Shown here one piece after another: positions 12,865-25,778 of a stretch of DNA of 64,000 bases. The notes under the pieces were generated by a model that saw only the letters and a program-made list of their open reading frames with translations, was not told the DNA's origin and searched no databases. Within the stretch, counting starts at the first letter, position 1. Every line of letters begins with the position of its first letter. The stretch is from Basidiobolus meristosporus CBS 931.73 (Eukaryota > Fungi > Basidiobolomycota). The translations under genes were made by a program, and so were the position numbers. Location: assembly GCA_002104905.1 (NCBI GenBank), contig MCFE01000037.1, forward strand, positions 62,001 through 126,000, read 5' to 3'.

Positions 12865-15596
12865 ATGAATCACCAAGTTAGGGAGTCTATACTGGCCCCG
12901 TTAGGAAGATGTTTCGATACTCTCAATATCAAGGTACCACCGAAGTGAGGTCGTCTTTTGTCTCGGAGAACTCACAGTTTTCGCGTTTCGTTAAGGATTT
13001 TGAGATCGGAAGACTGCTAGGAACAGGCGCTTTTGGGCATGTCTACAAAGCAGTCGGAAAGGCTGGCCCATATGAAGGCAGGGTAGTTGCCATAAAAATG
13101 GTGGGTTGTGATCGCCGTAGTATGAACGTAGCTTGTCGCGTGACTAACCGCCAGTCTCTAGATCAACAAATCCAAGCTGACCGAAGACCTTCGAAGACGC
13201 GTTGTTAACGAAGTTGAGATACAATGGCAACTGCAGCATCCCTCTATACTGGAATTATATGACTATTCCGAGGACGAGGACACGGTCTATCTCGTCATGG
13301 AAATCTGTACTGGTGGCGAGCTTTATCGCTATTTGAAAGAGAGAAAACGGCCATTGACCGAATCGGAGGCAAGATGTGTCATGCGACAACTGGTAGACGG
13401 CTTACTCTACATGCACTCGAATGGAATCATGCACCGTGACCTCAAGCTTTCGAACATACTGCTTACAGACGAATATCATATAGTAAGGGCGAAGCCAAAT
13501 ATCTTTCTATTTATATCGCTTTTCTAAGGCTTCATGTTATGCACTGGTTTACTTGATCCAGAAAATTGGTGATTTTGGTTTAGCGACAAAAGTCAATGGT
13601 AGAGAGGGTGAGCAGAAAACCATGTGTGGGACACCCAACTATATATCCCCGTAAGTATGGATCGGCCCTAGAATCACGATAAGGTGCTTACCTTTGTATA
13701 CTCCAGGGAGATCATTTCGCGGCAACCCTATGGATTTGCGTCGGATATATGGTCTTTAGGGTGTATCTTGTTCACATTTTTGGCTGGAAAGCCTCCATTT
13801 GAGGTATGTAGTGTTCCAGTACCCAGTTCGCATCAGCCATATATGTGGAGCTAAGCGCCTCCCCAACAGAGCCAGAAAGTACGAAGTACCCTGGACAAAG
13901 TGACCAGAGGGGATTACACATTGCCAACTGGTCTCTCCACCGAAGCTCAAGATTTAATCCGACGACTGCTTCAGATAGTAAGAGAGCCAAACATCCCAAG
14001 GTTCACCAACCTTTAACCTAACCCGCCTTTTCAGCAACCTCGCCACAGAATACCTCTGGGCCAAATCCTGCTTCATCCATTTCTCAATCCCTCCCTCCCT
14101 ACACAATCACTGCAGAGATTGACCGCACCGGGCATCAAGCCCACTGGCAGCAGCCCTCTAGCAAGTCCTGCCAACTACCTAGAGGCCAGAGTCCCACAAG
14201 CCTCCGCGAAGACCGAAGAAGCATACACACGATACACAAAAGGTAAATACCAATTCCAAATGGAGCATGCATGGAAAGCCTATGCTCAACAGTGCACAGA
14301 AGAAAAAAGCCCACCCAAGACCTCTACGCTACAACCAATCAACACAGAACGGCTGAAGCCGATCAAACAAAAGACGAAGCATGGCACTATCGAGTTGCTC
14401 TCTTCAGGAACCATCATACTAGACCTGGACGGGGAGAAAACCATCATGGCCATCAGCAAATCTGGTGAACAGGTAGGTTAGCCACGCTCACCTCCTACCC
14501 AGGCGCTTCTCAATGACCTTCTCTCCCCGTAGGTTCACTTCTTTGAGAAAAAGCCCAGCTATCTGCCCCAGGACCACTTGACAGTCCCCGTCAAATCCTT
14601 TTCCCTGCGTTCGCTGCCCGACAAGTACAAGAGTCGGTATCGCTACGTGTTCCGATTTGTCGATCTGATCCGATCCAAAACACCCAAGGTCGGTTGGCCC
14701 TCAGACCTCGATCGTTGATGCGATGGATACTAACCTCGCCTCTGCTGCCAGATCATCTTCTATTCCCCACAAGCCAAGTGCATCCTGATGGAGAACGGGC
14801 CGTTGGCTGACTTCGAGATGGATTTCTATGATGGGATCAAGGTGCACAACGCGGCGTCCCGTGGGCTCCTGCAGATCAAGAATGCCCAAGACGAATACAC
14901 TTTTGATACCAACTCCAATGCCAAATTCGTGATACCCACCAACCTGAAGCCCATCTTTTGCCACATCCAGGAGTGTCTGAAGGCGTGTCTGGATATCGAG
15001 CGAAACAACAAGCACGCCTCCGACTATCCCATCGTGATCAGCCATTCGGAAACCAGCTCCACGCTGAAGAAGACGGAGGAGGCTGATGAGAAGGCCCGAT
15101 TCCAGCTGTTCTCTGCGAAGCCCAGACTCGACGCAGACTTCAGCGAGGAGCTGAATCGGAAGTACGACCCTGGCAAGGGAAAGCACGTCTCGCCTGCCAT
15201 CCCACCAGGCAAGTTGGTGGCTACTGACAGAAGTACCAACAGTCAAGGCTCCTCGGGTGCGACAGGGGCGCCATCCCCCGAGCACATGCAGTTCATCCCC
15301 AATGTTGGCTGGTGCCAACGCTCCGGCAGCGGGGTCTTCCTGCTACTGTTCTTCGATGGCATTCAGATGGTGGTCGAGGCCAAGAACCAAGTGATTATCT
15401 GGTCCGACCACAACACGCCCTACGTGGAGCCTCAAAGGTTAGTACTGGTGAGCAAATGCAGAATGGCTCGGATCGAGTCTAACCAAGCCCCTTCTCCTCT
15501 AGATTGGCCATAGACAAGGATCTGCCCAAGGCCGTCAAGACCAAGCTGGCCTACCTGCCCAAGTTCATCGAGCGTTTCGAGTCCCGGCCATGTTAA
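12865..15596 (+). CDS. PLK4: Polo-like kinase 4 (Plk4/SAK): kinase domain, cryptic polo box (PB1-PB2) and PB3; 10 exons, about 720 aa
   Basis: Kinase: [35 protein letters not shown]1: [15 protein letters not shown]2: [51 protein letters not shown]3: FIPNVGWCQ...[11 protein letters not shown]...[12 protein letters not shown]. Nine GT-AG introns keep the frame (12934-12995, 13101-13161, 13483-13561, 13651-13706, 13804-13869, 13978-14034, 14473-14532, 14689-14751, 15438-15502). An alternative start at ATG 12909 is possible. Confidence 0.9.
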
Positions 15597-15715
15597 TATC
15601 TGTTAGCTGTAGATAGAGATGACCTGTACATTCTTATTTTGAGCGTTGTATATATCCTTGTAGAACCGTTTTGGATTAAAGCCTTTATTTCGAGGGCCAG
15701 GTGTACATGTGCTGA

Positions 15716-16434
15716 CTATGCTCCTTTGAGTTTGTATTTCGCATTCTCGAGCTCCCCCAGCTGCTGCTCCGATTCCCGGATCCATTTCAGGGCGATCGTT
15801 TGCACCCCGACCAGCAGTAGCGGCAGCCCCCATATCAACCAATCTTGCACCGAGTCTGGTCTCATCACTAGCACGGGGAGCAGCGAAACCCCCGAGTACG
15901 CCCAGTAGAAGCTGGCTGCAGGCTGGTCCAAATGTAGAATGTACAGGGAGAGTGAAAGGGAGGCGATGCACAAGAATATTGAGAACGGTACTGAGCTGGC
16001 CACGTATGGCTCATCTATGAGGTATATGTAATCTCGGACCGAGGTGTATCCTGAGTACAGATAGCTGTGAAAGGCCGAGCCGCTTTAGTGTCACTTTCGT
16101 TGAAGGTTCCCGATCCAGCGCGTACTTACAACGGTATCAGCGTAGAGGGCAGTATGTGCAATGCAATCTAAAGCGTGGTCAAATGGGCGGGTTTAGAGTT
16201 TGCTCAGTGCTTGTGGATGTTTATGGCCGGGGGATACTCACAAAGAAAAGCCCATTCGCCTGGTTGTTTTCTTTTCTTAGCTCCTCGATTAAGCGTTCTT
16301 GCTCTGTGCTAGAGAGGTTAGTAAACAAGCACACTCAAAATGCCTCTTCAGTTCCAATGCTCGCCTTCCTCATCCAGAAACTCCACAAAATCGTTGGTCT
16401 GTTTCCCTATGGTGTGGGCGTTTGATCGATGCAT
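15716..16434 (-). CDS. Small (172 aa) multi-pass membrane protein of unknown function with a KxKxx-type C-terminus; 4 exons
   Basis: Exons 16434-16365, 16303-16242, 16167-16130, 16064-15716 give MHRSN...FVEFLDEEEQERLIEELRKENNQANGLFF...ELENAKYKLKGA. Intron 1 (16304-16364) is GC-AG with a TACTAAC branch point. Confidence 0.75.
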
Positions 16435-17254
16435 TACAGTATTTGATGGCAACATATGATTTCCACTAGGTGTTTAATATTCCATATCATCTGATCTCCG
16501 GTATTCAAGTTTGGGCGCTTGCAGTCAACCTGCACTCTTGATTGGATTCTTGATGACCCAAATTAATTGGGCTGTCACTTGGAGGATGTCCGTTGTATTC
16601 CATATCCCTATAAAAAATATCTTACTTCGATATCGTGTGGTATTCTTCTGGAATTCTGCCGGTGTTCTGCTGGAGTTTTTCTGTCAACCTTCAGGTATGA
16701 AGATTTCTGGAATTAGTGAGCTGACTGATCCAATATTTGGCCTGAGGATTACCCAGTCACAATACTTTCTTGGACCCAAGTCTACTTATTCCCAAGAAGG
16801 CTGGTTTATGCCTGTATATATACATACATGCCTATGTATGTCGACAATATTTGGTCTGGCCACTTGTTCTTTGTATGTAATCCTTTACTTCTGCATCCTA
16901 GCAATTCAGGGGCTGAATTAATGGAAAGCTGCAATGAAACATGCAAATACATAATCAACTGCATAGCAATGGAAAATATCTTTCCTCATAACATCTGATG
17001 ACTAATCTCTGTGAGAAATCTCTTACTCAAGTCCATTTGATAATCTGCTGGCATTCTGATGGTATTTTGCTGACATATATCCTTAATCTTCCTTCAGACA
17101 TTAGTTGTAAATCTTTGTGAAAGTAGTGAGTAGCTTATTAACAAACTTGGCCTCCTCCAAGAGAGTATGTCTTCTTATCAGTCAAATAGCTGGAACCTAC
17201 AATAGAAATAGATACTGTTGTGAGCTTTGCAACTGCACCTAATTGTTAAGTATG

Positions 17255-18270
17255 TAGAATTAAGAGAATTAAGTGCCAATAAGAAGGAAGAAGATGATGC
17301 TGAATTAAGCAATGCCACCAACCCAAGAAGGTACTCAAGGCCCTTCAAGGAAAGAAACAACCTTTCTTGTGACTACTGAAAAAAAAGGACACTCATCAGG
17401 CTGTTGCCACAAGAGAGAGATTTGACCAACAAACATGGATATGAAAATACTTTTGTAAAAATTTGGACCTCCACCTAAATATTCATGTAACTTGGTTGCT
17501 TAGATCATTAACTACAAATCTTGGAGAATACTGACCAAATGCTTTGTTGGGATCTACTGGGAATATTTTCACCAAAACAGGTACACAGGACATGAAAATT
17601 AGAGAAGTTGTCTAAGCAGCTCTAAACTTTGTACACAAGTTCTTGGGACCTTCCCAAAACTATTCTATGTGTCTCTTATACCAAGATCATGTAAAAGTAT
17701 AAACACTACTTTTATATACAATAAATTATTGAGTTAAAACTATTGTAATTATTAAGTTGTCACCTAAATATTCAGGCTAACTTAGTCACATAAATCTCAC
17801 TCTTTGATTAGCATTCTGTCCTGACTAATTTTCTGCTGGGATTTACTTAGAATATTTTCACCAAATTATCAGGTATCCAGATTATGATCTTTCTCAAAGT
17901 TGTCCAAAAGCCCCCAAACTTTGCACACATATTCTTAGGACCTTTCTTACCAAGCTCTACATACCTGTTGGCTCTACTTTATCAAAAGTATATACACCAT
18001 ACTTTTGATCAATAAATCTACAAGTGAATAACATGTAAATCCTCTAGTTCTCCACATCACTTCCAATACCACTCAGAATATTGCAACAAAAACCACATAA
18101 TCTACTTTTTCTCCAAATCACTTCCAATATTTACAAGACTCTTATAACTAATACTGCACCAACTGAAGATATATTCTTGATATCTGCACTCTGTATCACA
18201 ACAAACAAGAATTCTTAAACAAGGTGTACTAAATCTGGAGCATCTCACCTCTTGACACACCCAAAAAGAA
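17255..18270 (+). mobile_element. Old Ty1/copia gag-end / protease-start fragment, split by an LTR insertion
   Basis: 17255-17450 aligns by eye with 18650-18855 (zinc-knuckle region), and 18150-18270 aligns with 18850-18965 (..SGASQH..QKE region). Confidence 0.75.
17451..18149 (+). repeat. Tandem (partial plus full) copia LTR block flanked by 5-bp TSD AATAC
   Basis: Two LTR-like units start at 17451 and about 17741, both homologous to the LTR at 21858-22206. AATAC occurs at 17446-17450 and 18150-18154. Confidence 0.75.
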
Positions 18271-21200
18271 AGAACAAAGTGCCTTTAACTGCATTTGCCT
18301 TAATGTTGAAGACAAATTGCTAAATCAATGCTCAAGGGCAAAATTGGCAAAGAATGCCTGGAAGGCATTAGAAGACACCTACCAGTCATGTTCAGTGGCT
18401 AAGAAAATGTATCTGAGACAAAAATTCTTTGCTACAAAGATGCAGCCAGGAGAAGAAATGAAAATCTAATTAACAGAATTACCCTGCAGGTAGATGAAAT
18501 GGAATCTGTGGGCATACCAACTACTGATGAGAATGTGATAGTTACTATCCTGAATAGCCTGACAGACAAGTTTCCGGGCCTTGTATCAGCCCTAGAGTCC
18601 AGAACTGAAGATTTGACCTTAAATTACATATATGGAAGGCTCCTGGATGAAGAATTAAGAAAATCAAGCACCAATAAGAAGGAAGCAGAAAATGCCTCAA
18701 TAAGCAATGATAACCAAGAAAGAAGGTACCCAAGACCTTACAAAGGCAACAGCAACCTGTTTTGCTACTACTGCAAGAGGAAAAGACACTCATCAGACTG
18801 ATGTCTCAAGAAGAGAGATAATCAGCATAAGAAGCCTGAATATGGAAATGCTGCAACAACTGAAGATAGACTATTCATATCTGCACTAAATATGACCACA
18901 AACAAGGATTCTCAGATGTGGTGTATTGACTCTGGAGCATCTCAACACTTTACACACCAAAAAGAACTCTTTACCCAATCTCAAGATATTCCAATCAAGA
19001 GGGTTTTCATTAGTGACAATAGAACACTTGATACAGTGGGAGAAGGAACTATCCAAGTAAACCTTACAAGTAGTGAAGGAAGCATACACTGAATTTTAAA
19101 GAAGTACTCTATGTATCAAAAATAGCCAAGAATCCACTATCTGTAAGCAATGCCACAGCAGAAGGACTCAGTTTCAGCTTTGACAATTCTGGATGCAGGA
19201 TCACTGATCAAAATGGTGCCCATATTGCTTTGGGTATCAGAGATCAGAATCTTTACAAGTTGACTTATATTCCATCATATCTGGAAGCCAATATAAGTAA
19301 CTTAAATGAAGAAACACCAATGCTTTGGCACAGGAGATTGGGACACATCAATTTTGATTATTTGCACAAAATGATCAAAGATCAGCTAATTTCTGGAGTA
19401 AAAATTGATCCCCCAGCTGATTTGGAGCACTGTGAAGCCTGCATATATAGGAAACAAGCCAGACAACTGTTCAAGAGCTCTGGATTAATCAAAATTAAGA
19501 AAAAATTTGATCTAATTCACTCAGATCTGTGTGGACCTATGCAAAAAAAATATATCCTTAGGCAGGATGAAGTATTTAATCACCTTGATTGATCATTAAA
19601 CAAGATACACATGGGTCTACTTTATGGGGAGAAAGGAAGAAGCTCTGTCCAAGTTCAGGGAGTTTAAGACCATGGTGGAGAGAGAAACTAATGTAAAGTT
19701 CAAGAAAATACGCTCTGACAATGGTGGAGAATATACCTCAAAACTCTTCATCCACTGCTGCAAAATTTGTGGGATAAAGCAAGATACTACTGTACCATAC
19801 TCCCCACAGCAAAATGAAGTAGCAGAACATGCAAGCAAATCAATAATTGATATGGCAAGATCTATGATCCATGATCAAAATATTATCCTATGATTTTGGG
19901 TGGAATCGGTTGCCACTGCTGTTAACCTTAAAAATAGGAGTTATAACACAATACTTAGTGATTCTGCTCCATTTGAGGCATGGTATAGATACAGACCAAG
20001 TGCAGAACAGTTAAGAATATTTGGGTGTACAGTATATGCCAAGAAACTGCGTGGAAATCAGCCAAAATTTGAGCTAAAAAGTGGAAAATGCATATTTTTG
20101 GGCTACTGCAGTGAGAGTAAAGCATATAGACTCTACAATACCAAAGCAAAGAAGCTTATTAAGTCCAGGGATGTGTTGTTTGATGAAAATGCAAGATTTT
20201 CACAAGAAATGACATCAGATGATGACAAAAATCTGGTCTCAAGTCCACCAATTGTTAGGATTGAATCAGAGCAAAACAATGAAAATTTTTTCACTCCAGA
20301 GGACTCTACAACCATAGTTCAGCCTGAAGCAGTGCCTAGGAATATCCCAGAAGTGATCATTCCAGTATCAAATTCCCAGAGATCCAATCAGACAAGAAAT
20401 AGCCCAAATTACTATATCAATGAGGGAACAAACTTAGCCCATGCCTATTCAGTCCATATTGATGAACCCCAGACTATAAAAGAGGCCTTAAATAGCCCCC
20501 AGACAAAGTTTTGGAGATCTGCAATGACTGAGGAATATCATGCCATGATGGAAAATCAAACTTGGAACTTAGTTAAATTACCAATCAACCAAAAATCAAT
20601 TGGATGCAGATGGGTCTTCAAGACAAAATACAAGCCTGGTGGTACAATTGAAGGATACAAAGCAAGACTTGTGGCCAAAGGATACTCTCAAACAAAAGGA
20701 CTTGACCATACTAAGATCTTTGCACAGGTAGCCAAGTTTAATCATATTAATATTGGCTATTGCAGCCAAATATAGTTTTTTACTCATCAAATGGATGTAA
20801 AAACTGCATTTTCAAATGGAAAACTTGATGAGGACATGTATATGGACCAGCCTGATGGGTTTGTTGATCACAATAACCCCCCATTTGGTCTGCAAGCTTA
20901 AAAAGTATCTATACGGTCTCAAACAATCACCAGGAGCCTGGAATTGCAAGATAGATTCTTATTTGGAATCTTTGAGTTTCAAAAGGAGTAATGCTGACTA
21001 TAGTATATACTATAAGCCAGATAGAGCAAATCCAGCACTATTAGCTCTATATGTGGATGATCTTATTATAGCCACCAATAATCTAGCAACATTGGAAGGG
21101 ACTAAATCCAGCCTTTCTAAGGAGTTCAAGATGTCTGATCTAGGAGAGCTCAGTTACTACTTAGGGATTAAGTTCTCCATAGACAGAAGTAACTAGACCA

Positions 21201-22206
21201 TTACCCTAAGCCAATTCAAGTATATTCAAGATATACTAAAGAAGTACAAATGGAAGACTGTAAACTGGCAGCTACCCCAATGGAGACAAACCTTAACTTG
21301 GTCAAAACTCAACCAAATCAAGAGAGCTTGGTGCCATCTGAAAGCCCTGACATTCCTTATCAATCTATGGTCAGCAGTCTGATGTATATTATGCCTGGAA
21401 CACAAAATTTGGAAGACAAAAGATCCACCACAGGATACACCTTTCTTTACTGTAAAGGAGCAATTTCATGGAATTCAAGAAAGCAAGCAACCATAGCACT
21501 TTCTACCACAGAGGCAGAGTATATGGCAGCCTGTGAAGCTACAAAAGAAGCAATGTGGCCAAGAAAGCTTTATACAAATTTAGGCCTAAGTTAAAAAACG
21601 CCTATTACTTTATTTCAAGATAATCAAGGAAGTATACAATCAGGTAGAAATCCAACTTTTCATGCTAGAACTAAGCACATAGATATTAGACATTATTTCA
21701 TACATGAAGCTATAGGGAATAACTTAGTTAGTTTAGTTTACTGTCCTTCAGATGAAATGATTGCAGATACATTCACCAAACCATTAGCTGGAGACAAGTT
21801 TGAATATCTTAGGTCAAAATTAGAACTAGTCAGTATGAACATTTAGCTGAGTTGGAGTGTTGTAAAAATTTGCGATTCCACCTAAATGCTCACCTAGCTT
21901 AGTCACTTAGATCATTAACTCCAAATCCTAGAGAATACTGACCAAACTCCTTGTTGGGATTTACTTGGAATATTTTCACCAAAATACCAGGTACCCAGAA
22001 CATGAAAATTCTCAAAGTTGTCCAAACAGCCCCAACCTTTGCACACATATTCTTGAGACCTTTCTTGATCTATTCTACATGTTTTTTATGCCAAGACCAT
22101 GTCAAAGTATAAATACTACTTTTACATTCAATAAATCATTGAGTGAAAACCACATAATTGACTTGTCCTCCCAATCACTTCCAATATCTCCAAGACTCTT
22201 ACAGCA
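18270..22206 (+). mobile_element. 5'-truncated, degenerate Ty1/copia retrotransposon (gag-PR-IN-RT-RH-3'LTR)
   Basis: WCIDSGASQHFT (protease), LWHRRLGH, HSDLCGPM, IRSDNGGEY (integrase), [34 protein letters not shown] (RT), STTEAEY, TKHIDIRH (RNase H). Multiple stops and frameshifts, plus an internal deletion near 21390-21410. Confidence 0.95.
21858..22206 (+). repeat. Copia 3' LTR, about 349 bp
   Basis: Runs TGTTGT...ACAGCA after the last RNase H codons; homologous to the 351-bp LTR at 44722-45072. Confidence 0.88.
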
Positions 22207-22209
22207 CAA

Positions 22210-23059
22210 AGACATACTCAGTGTCAGCATGGCTTCTTTTGGATGTAGCCCTGCTTGCTGCATGGAACATTGTAGCAAGCTGTTGTTCAGCCATTCTTCT
22301 GCTGCTGTCTGCAGTGGGCTTGCTTGAGACTAGATGATTTTACTATATTTTCTGGTGGTATTTATATAGAGGTAGGCCAAATCAAAGGGAATATAGTGTT
22401 AAAAATATGTGTATATGTTGTGCCACCACTGTATTTATGATGCTAACTATGGTGGCCATCATTCAATCTTACATTCATGTAGGTGCAAAGCTATCTATAG
22501 AGGACTGTCTTAAGCTCACATGAATATTGTCAAAAAATTGTTATAATAACATTATGATGTAAACATCAAGACATTTGCCCCATTGACAAGACTACAGTTA
22601 TTAACACTGCAAGAGAAGAGAAAAAAGACCATGTTGTCATTGTAGCAAGCCTCTCAGCCATGCAGCATGTAGAAAGCATAGCAAGTACCCCAAAGATCAC
22701 AGCCAGTGTTTTGTCACAGAATTCATATTTGAGTACTTATCAGTTACCACAGCAACTAATATTTTACCAACCAACCAACACTTCTACAATGACACCTAGC
22801 TACACTTGCCACCTTGTACAAGTTGAGTTGGGTAAGTCCTTGATGCATTATGGCTTACCTCAGCCTTCTGAATATAGACCATACAGTGATAGCTCTGAAG
22901 AAGAAGGCCCACTGAAGGATTCTGTGTCTATCTCCCCTCACAACAGTACCCTGCCTGAGACCAGCAAAATCTCAGTATGTGATGAGACAATGGCCATGGA
23001 AGATAATGCTGAGGATTCTTTATGGGGTCAAGTGAGATTAGTAATCCATTTACTGGTCA
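22210..23059 (+). pseudogene. CACTA transposase gene, N-terminal region fragment
   Basis: Reverse-complement homolog of 26500-27160 and 30300-31130; cut at 23060 by a CACTA terminus (CCCTGTGAAATATAATTTAGTCC). Confidence 0.7.
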
Positions 23060-23182
23060 CCCTGTGAAATATAATTTAGTCCTGCAATGAGGCCAGCATA
23101 ATGCAGCAGCTAGGAATTATTGACCCTCTACAGGATCTCATTACAGGATTGCAACAGTATTTTACTGATTTTACTGCGAAAT

Positions 23183-25775
23183 AAGTCATTCATACCCTCT
23201 GCAAGGTGGTTCTCCATTGATGTCAGCTGGGAATGAAAGCTTCTAGGACTTTTGTTGCCATGGATGGTGGGATGAAACCTTGTAGGGCAATAGTTCTTGT
23301 AATAGCAGAGAAGCTTAACAAGGGATCTCCTTGAGTAGATTGGGGTTGATGGTCCACAGTACTTGGAATAGATCTCCTCTAGTGTGTCAAAAGGAAATCC
23401 AGTGGTAGTGATGGGATTGATGAGAAAAGACCATTCAGATGAGTAAGTCATATTAAAATTGGTGGATGATTGTATGGAGGCGGTTTGAATTGATTCGGCG
23501 CAATCTGCGTTATTTATCTGATTTTTAATACATTAAGGTTAAATCTTCATCAATTACCATGTATCCCATCATTATATTGCAAAAATCATCCGCAAACAAT
23601 GCCTTGGTACTTTCATTGATGCTTTAATCATATGTCTATATTGAAATAGCAAATCTGCAATTGATGTGATCTGATCCGTGTCAACGCAATCCAAGATGCA
23701 TCATGCATAATATATGGAAAATTCAACAATCACATTAGTTTTCATATATATCTCATATAAGACCAGGTTGATGCCAATATACTGCTGTACAAGTATCCAA
23801 ATCCGTTGCTATGGTCCCCATACCAAGCCTCAACTCATATTTAGTACAACCCAGACAAAACCCATCCCCCAGCTCACAAGCACGGTCTGGACCGGAAAAG
23901 TTGTTGTTGGATCAGTTTGAGTTCTTGCCAAATGCTTTTAGTATGGCCCAAGTGTCTATGATGAGCCTTCATACAGATATTTGGGCGCTACTGATTAATC
24001 TAGCAGAACTAGACACCTCAGAGAGTCAACAAAGATGGAAGAATTTGAGTAGAAAGCTGTGGCATGAGTTCTACATCAAGATGCCAGCCAATGTATGTAA
24101 GAAGATATATAACAAGACAAGTATTGAAATCAAGAATGAGCTGAGAGTGAGGGGATTTGACAAAGAAGCCGCGCAGGAACAATTTTGTGCGCAATTTGCA
24201 GAGTACGGGCCGGACACGTCTGTTTGTGCCTCAACTTTGGGAACCAAAGAGATTTTGAATGAGTTTTTGCCTCAAATGACTAATGCACTACGTGATATAT
24301 TAGTAGAGCTAAGTGGCTTCCGAGAGCAATATACACAGAACTCATCCAGGCAACAGCTCCAAAGCATCAGACAGAGGGTAAGTGAATACCTTGAGTAATC
24401 AGATGGTGAGCTTCAGGAGGAAGAATACAGACCGCAAGCAACATTGTCCAGATTGCACCAGCACACCTTGCTGGATTCCCTACCATCTCTTGTAACCACA
24501 GCGTGCCGGCGCACATCAGTCCAGACCACACCAACACCCTTTACCAGAACACCCCACATCAAGTCAACGCGCATGCTTCAGAGCAAAACTACAAGAACTT
24601 GCCAAACTGCTCATTTAGACACAAGTCCATTGGAGCGGACCAAGTCGTGTCAACATGCAGCATCACATTGAACTCAGCCAAGGGCCATCACAATGTGTCA
24701 AGGCGCGCCTGCTTGTGCTGTTTTGCCTGACCATCAGCAAGTTACTTCTGGTGAACTGACTGATGATGACCAACATGAAGTGCCTCAACCACCGGAGCCC
24801 TTGGCAAGTAAAAGAATGCATCAGCGCGTGGCACTACAGGCCGGTTCAGTTGGTTCAGTTGGAGCAATTCAGCATGGCCAAGCTGCAGCATTGCACTCAT
24901 CAACTAGGAGGCAAATACTGACTACAAATACACAAGTAGCCAAGATGATAGTCAGCCAGGAAGTAGTATAGGTGTGCAAAGTGAGTCACTACCAAATGCT
25001 TCAGTAGTAGTCCCTGTGAGAAAAAAACCCAGAAGATGATGCAATTGCTTTGAATTGCTCATATTTGTAATGATCCTGACAACCCATTTTTTTTGCAATC
25101 CAAATCAAGCCATTGCAAATCAGTGATCATCAAATTTTTGATATAAGTAATATCAAGGTCGTCTCACATTTGAGACAGAACCCCTATAAGTAAACACCCT
25201 GCATATATATACGTCATCTGTAATACCAGTGCAGCTATTGGATCTGTTTTGCACCTACACAATTGCTTGCATGCTAGCTATGACACCTTGTCCAATCACT
25301 AGGATCAGGGATTTACTTGCTCAATGGGCAAAATTGGATATTTGATGGCAAATCAGGTAGCTTTTATAGTAGTCAATGAGCCAATTGGGGGCTGCCAGCT
25401 TCAGGATACTTTTGGACCAATTAACCACTGAGATACTTGGAGTGAGGGTAATCAGAATGGTAAGTATCAGTGTAGTTTATAGTGTGATACACATTTATTT
25501 TCATTTACATTAAAGAAACATATCCAAATACCGGATTTTACCGGCCATAATAGCGGTATCCAATTGCGCACGTGATGCAAACATTACAAGTTGGCACAAT
25601 CATCCGTGCCAACCTCATTGTGTCAGATTGTGCCATAGTGTGCAAGATTGTCCCACATAGTGCAAAATTGTCCAAGAACAATCATGCCTTCTGGTAGCTA
25701 TAATATTGCACCCAATTGTTCTTTACAACTGCGGATTGCGCCGCGCACCCTGGCATGGTATGGTGGAACAAGTCT
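23183..25775 (-). mobile_element. Truncated second copy of the Harbinger-superfamily (Pangu-like) element, inverted relative to 58924-62338
   Basis: Reverse complement of about 58924-61550. Intact terminus GAACAAGTCT at 25766-25775 followed by ATT. The transposase stops after ...MNDL (no DDE core), and the ORF2 copy at 23811-24398 has a premature TAA. Confidence 0.9.
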
Positions 25776-25778
25776 ATT

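Noticed and set aside
14701-15318. 205-aa antisense ORF inside PLK4
   Set aside because: Codon-bias shadow of the polo-box exon.
16450-17250. Possible LINE reverse-transcriptase or other relic ORF on the minus strand, and a CACTA-like CCCTATAAAAAATAT at 16606
   Set aside because: Stop density is not clearly below random and I could not confirm any motif; the terminus-like word lacks the family's subterminal sequence.
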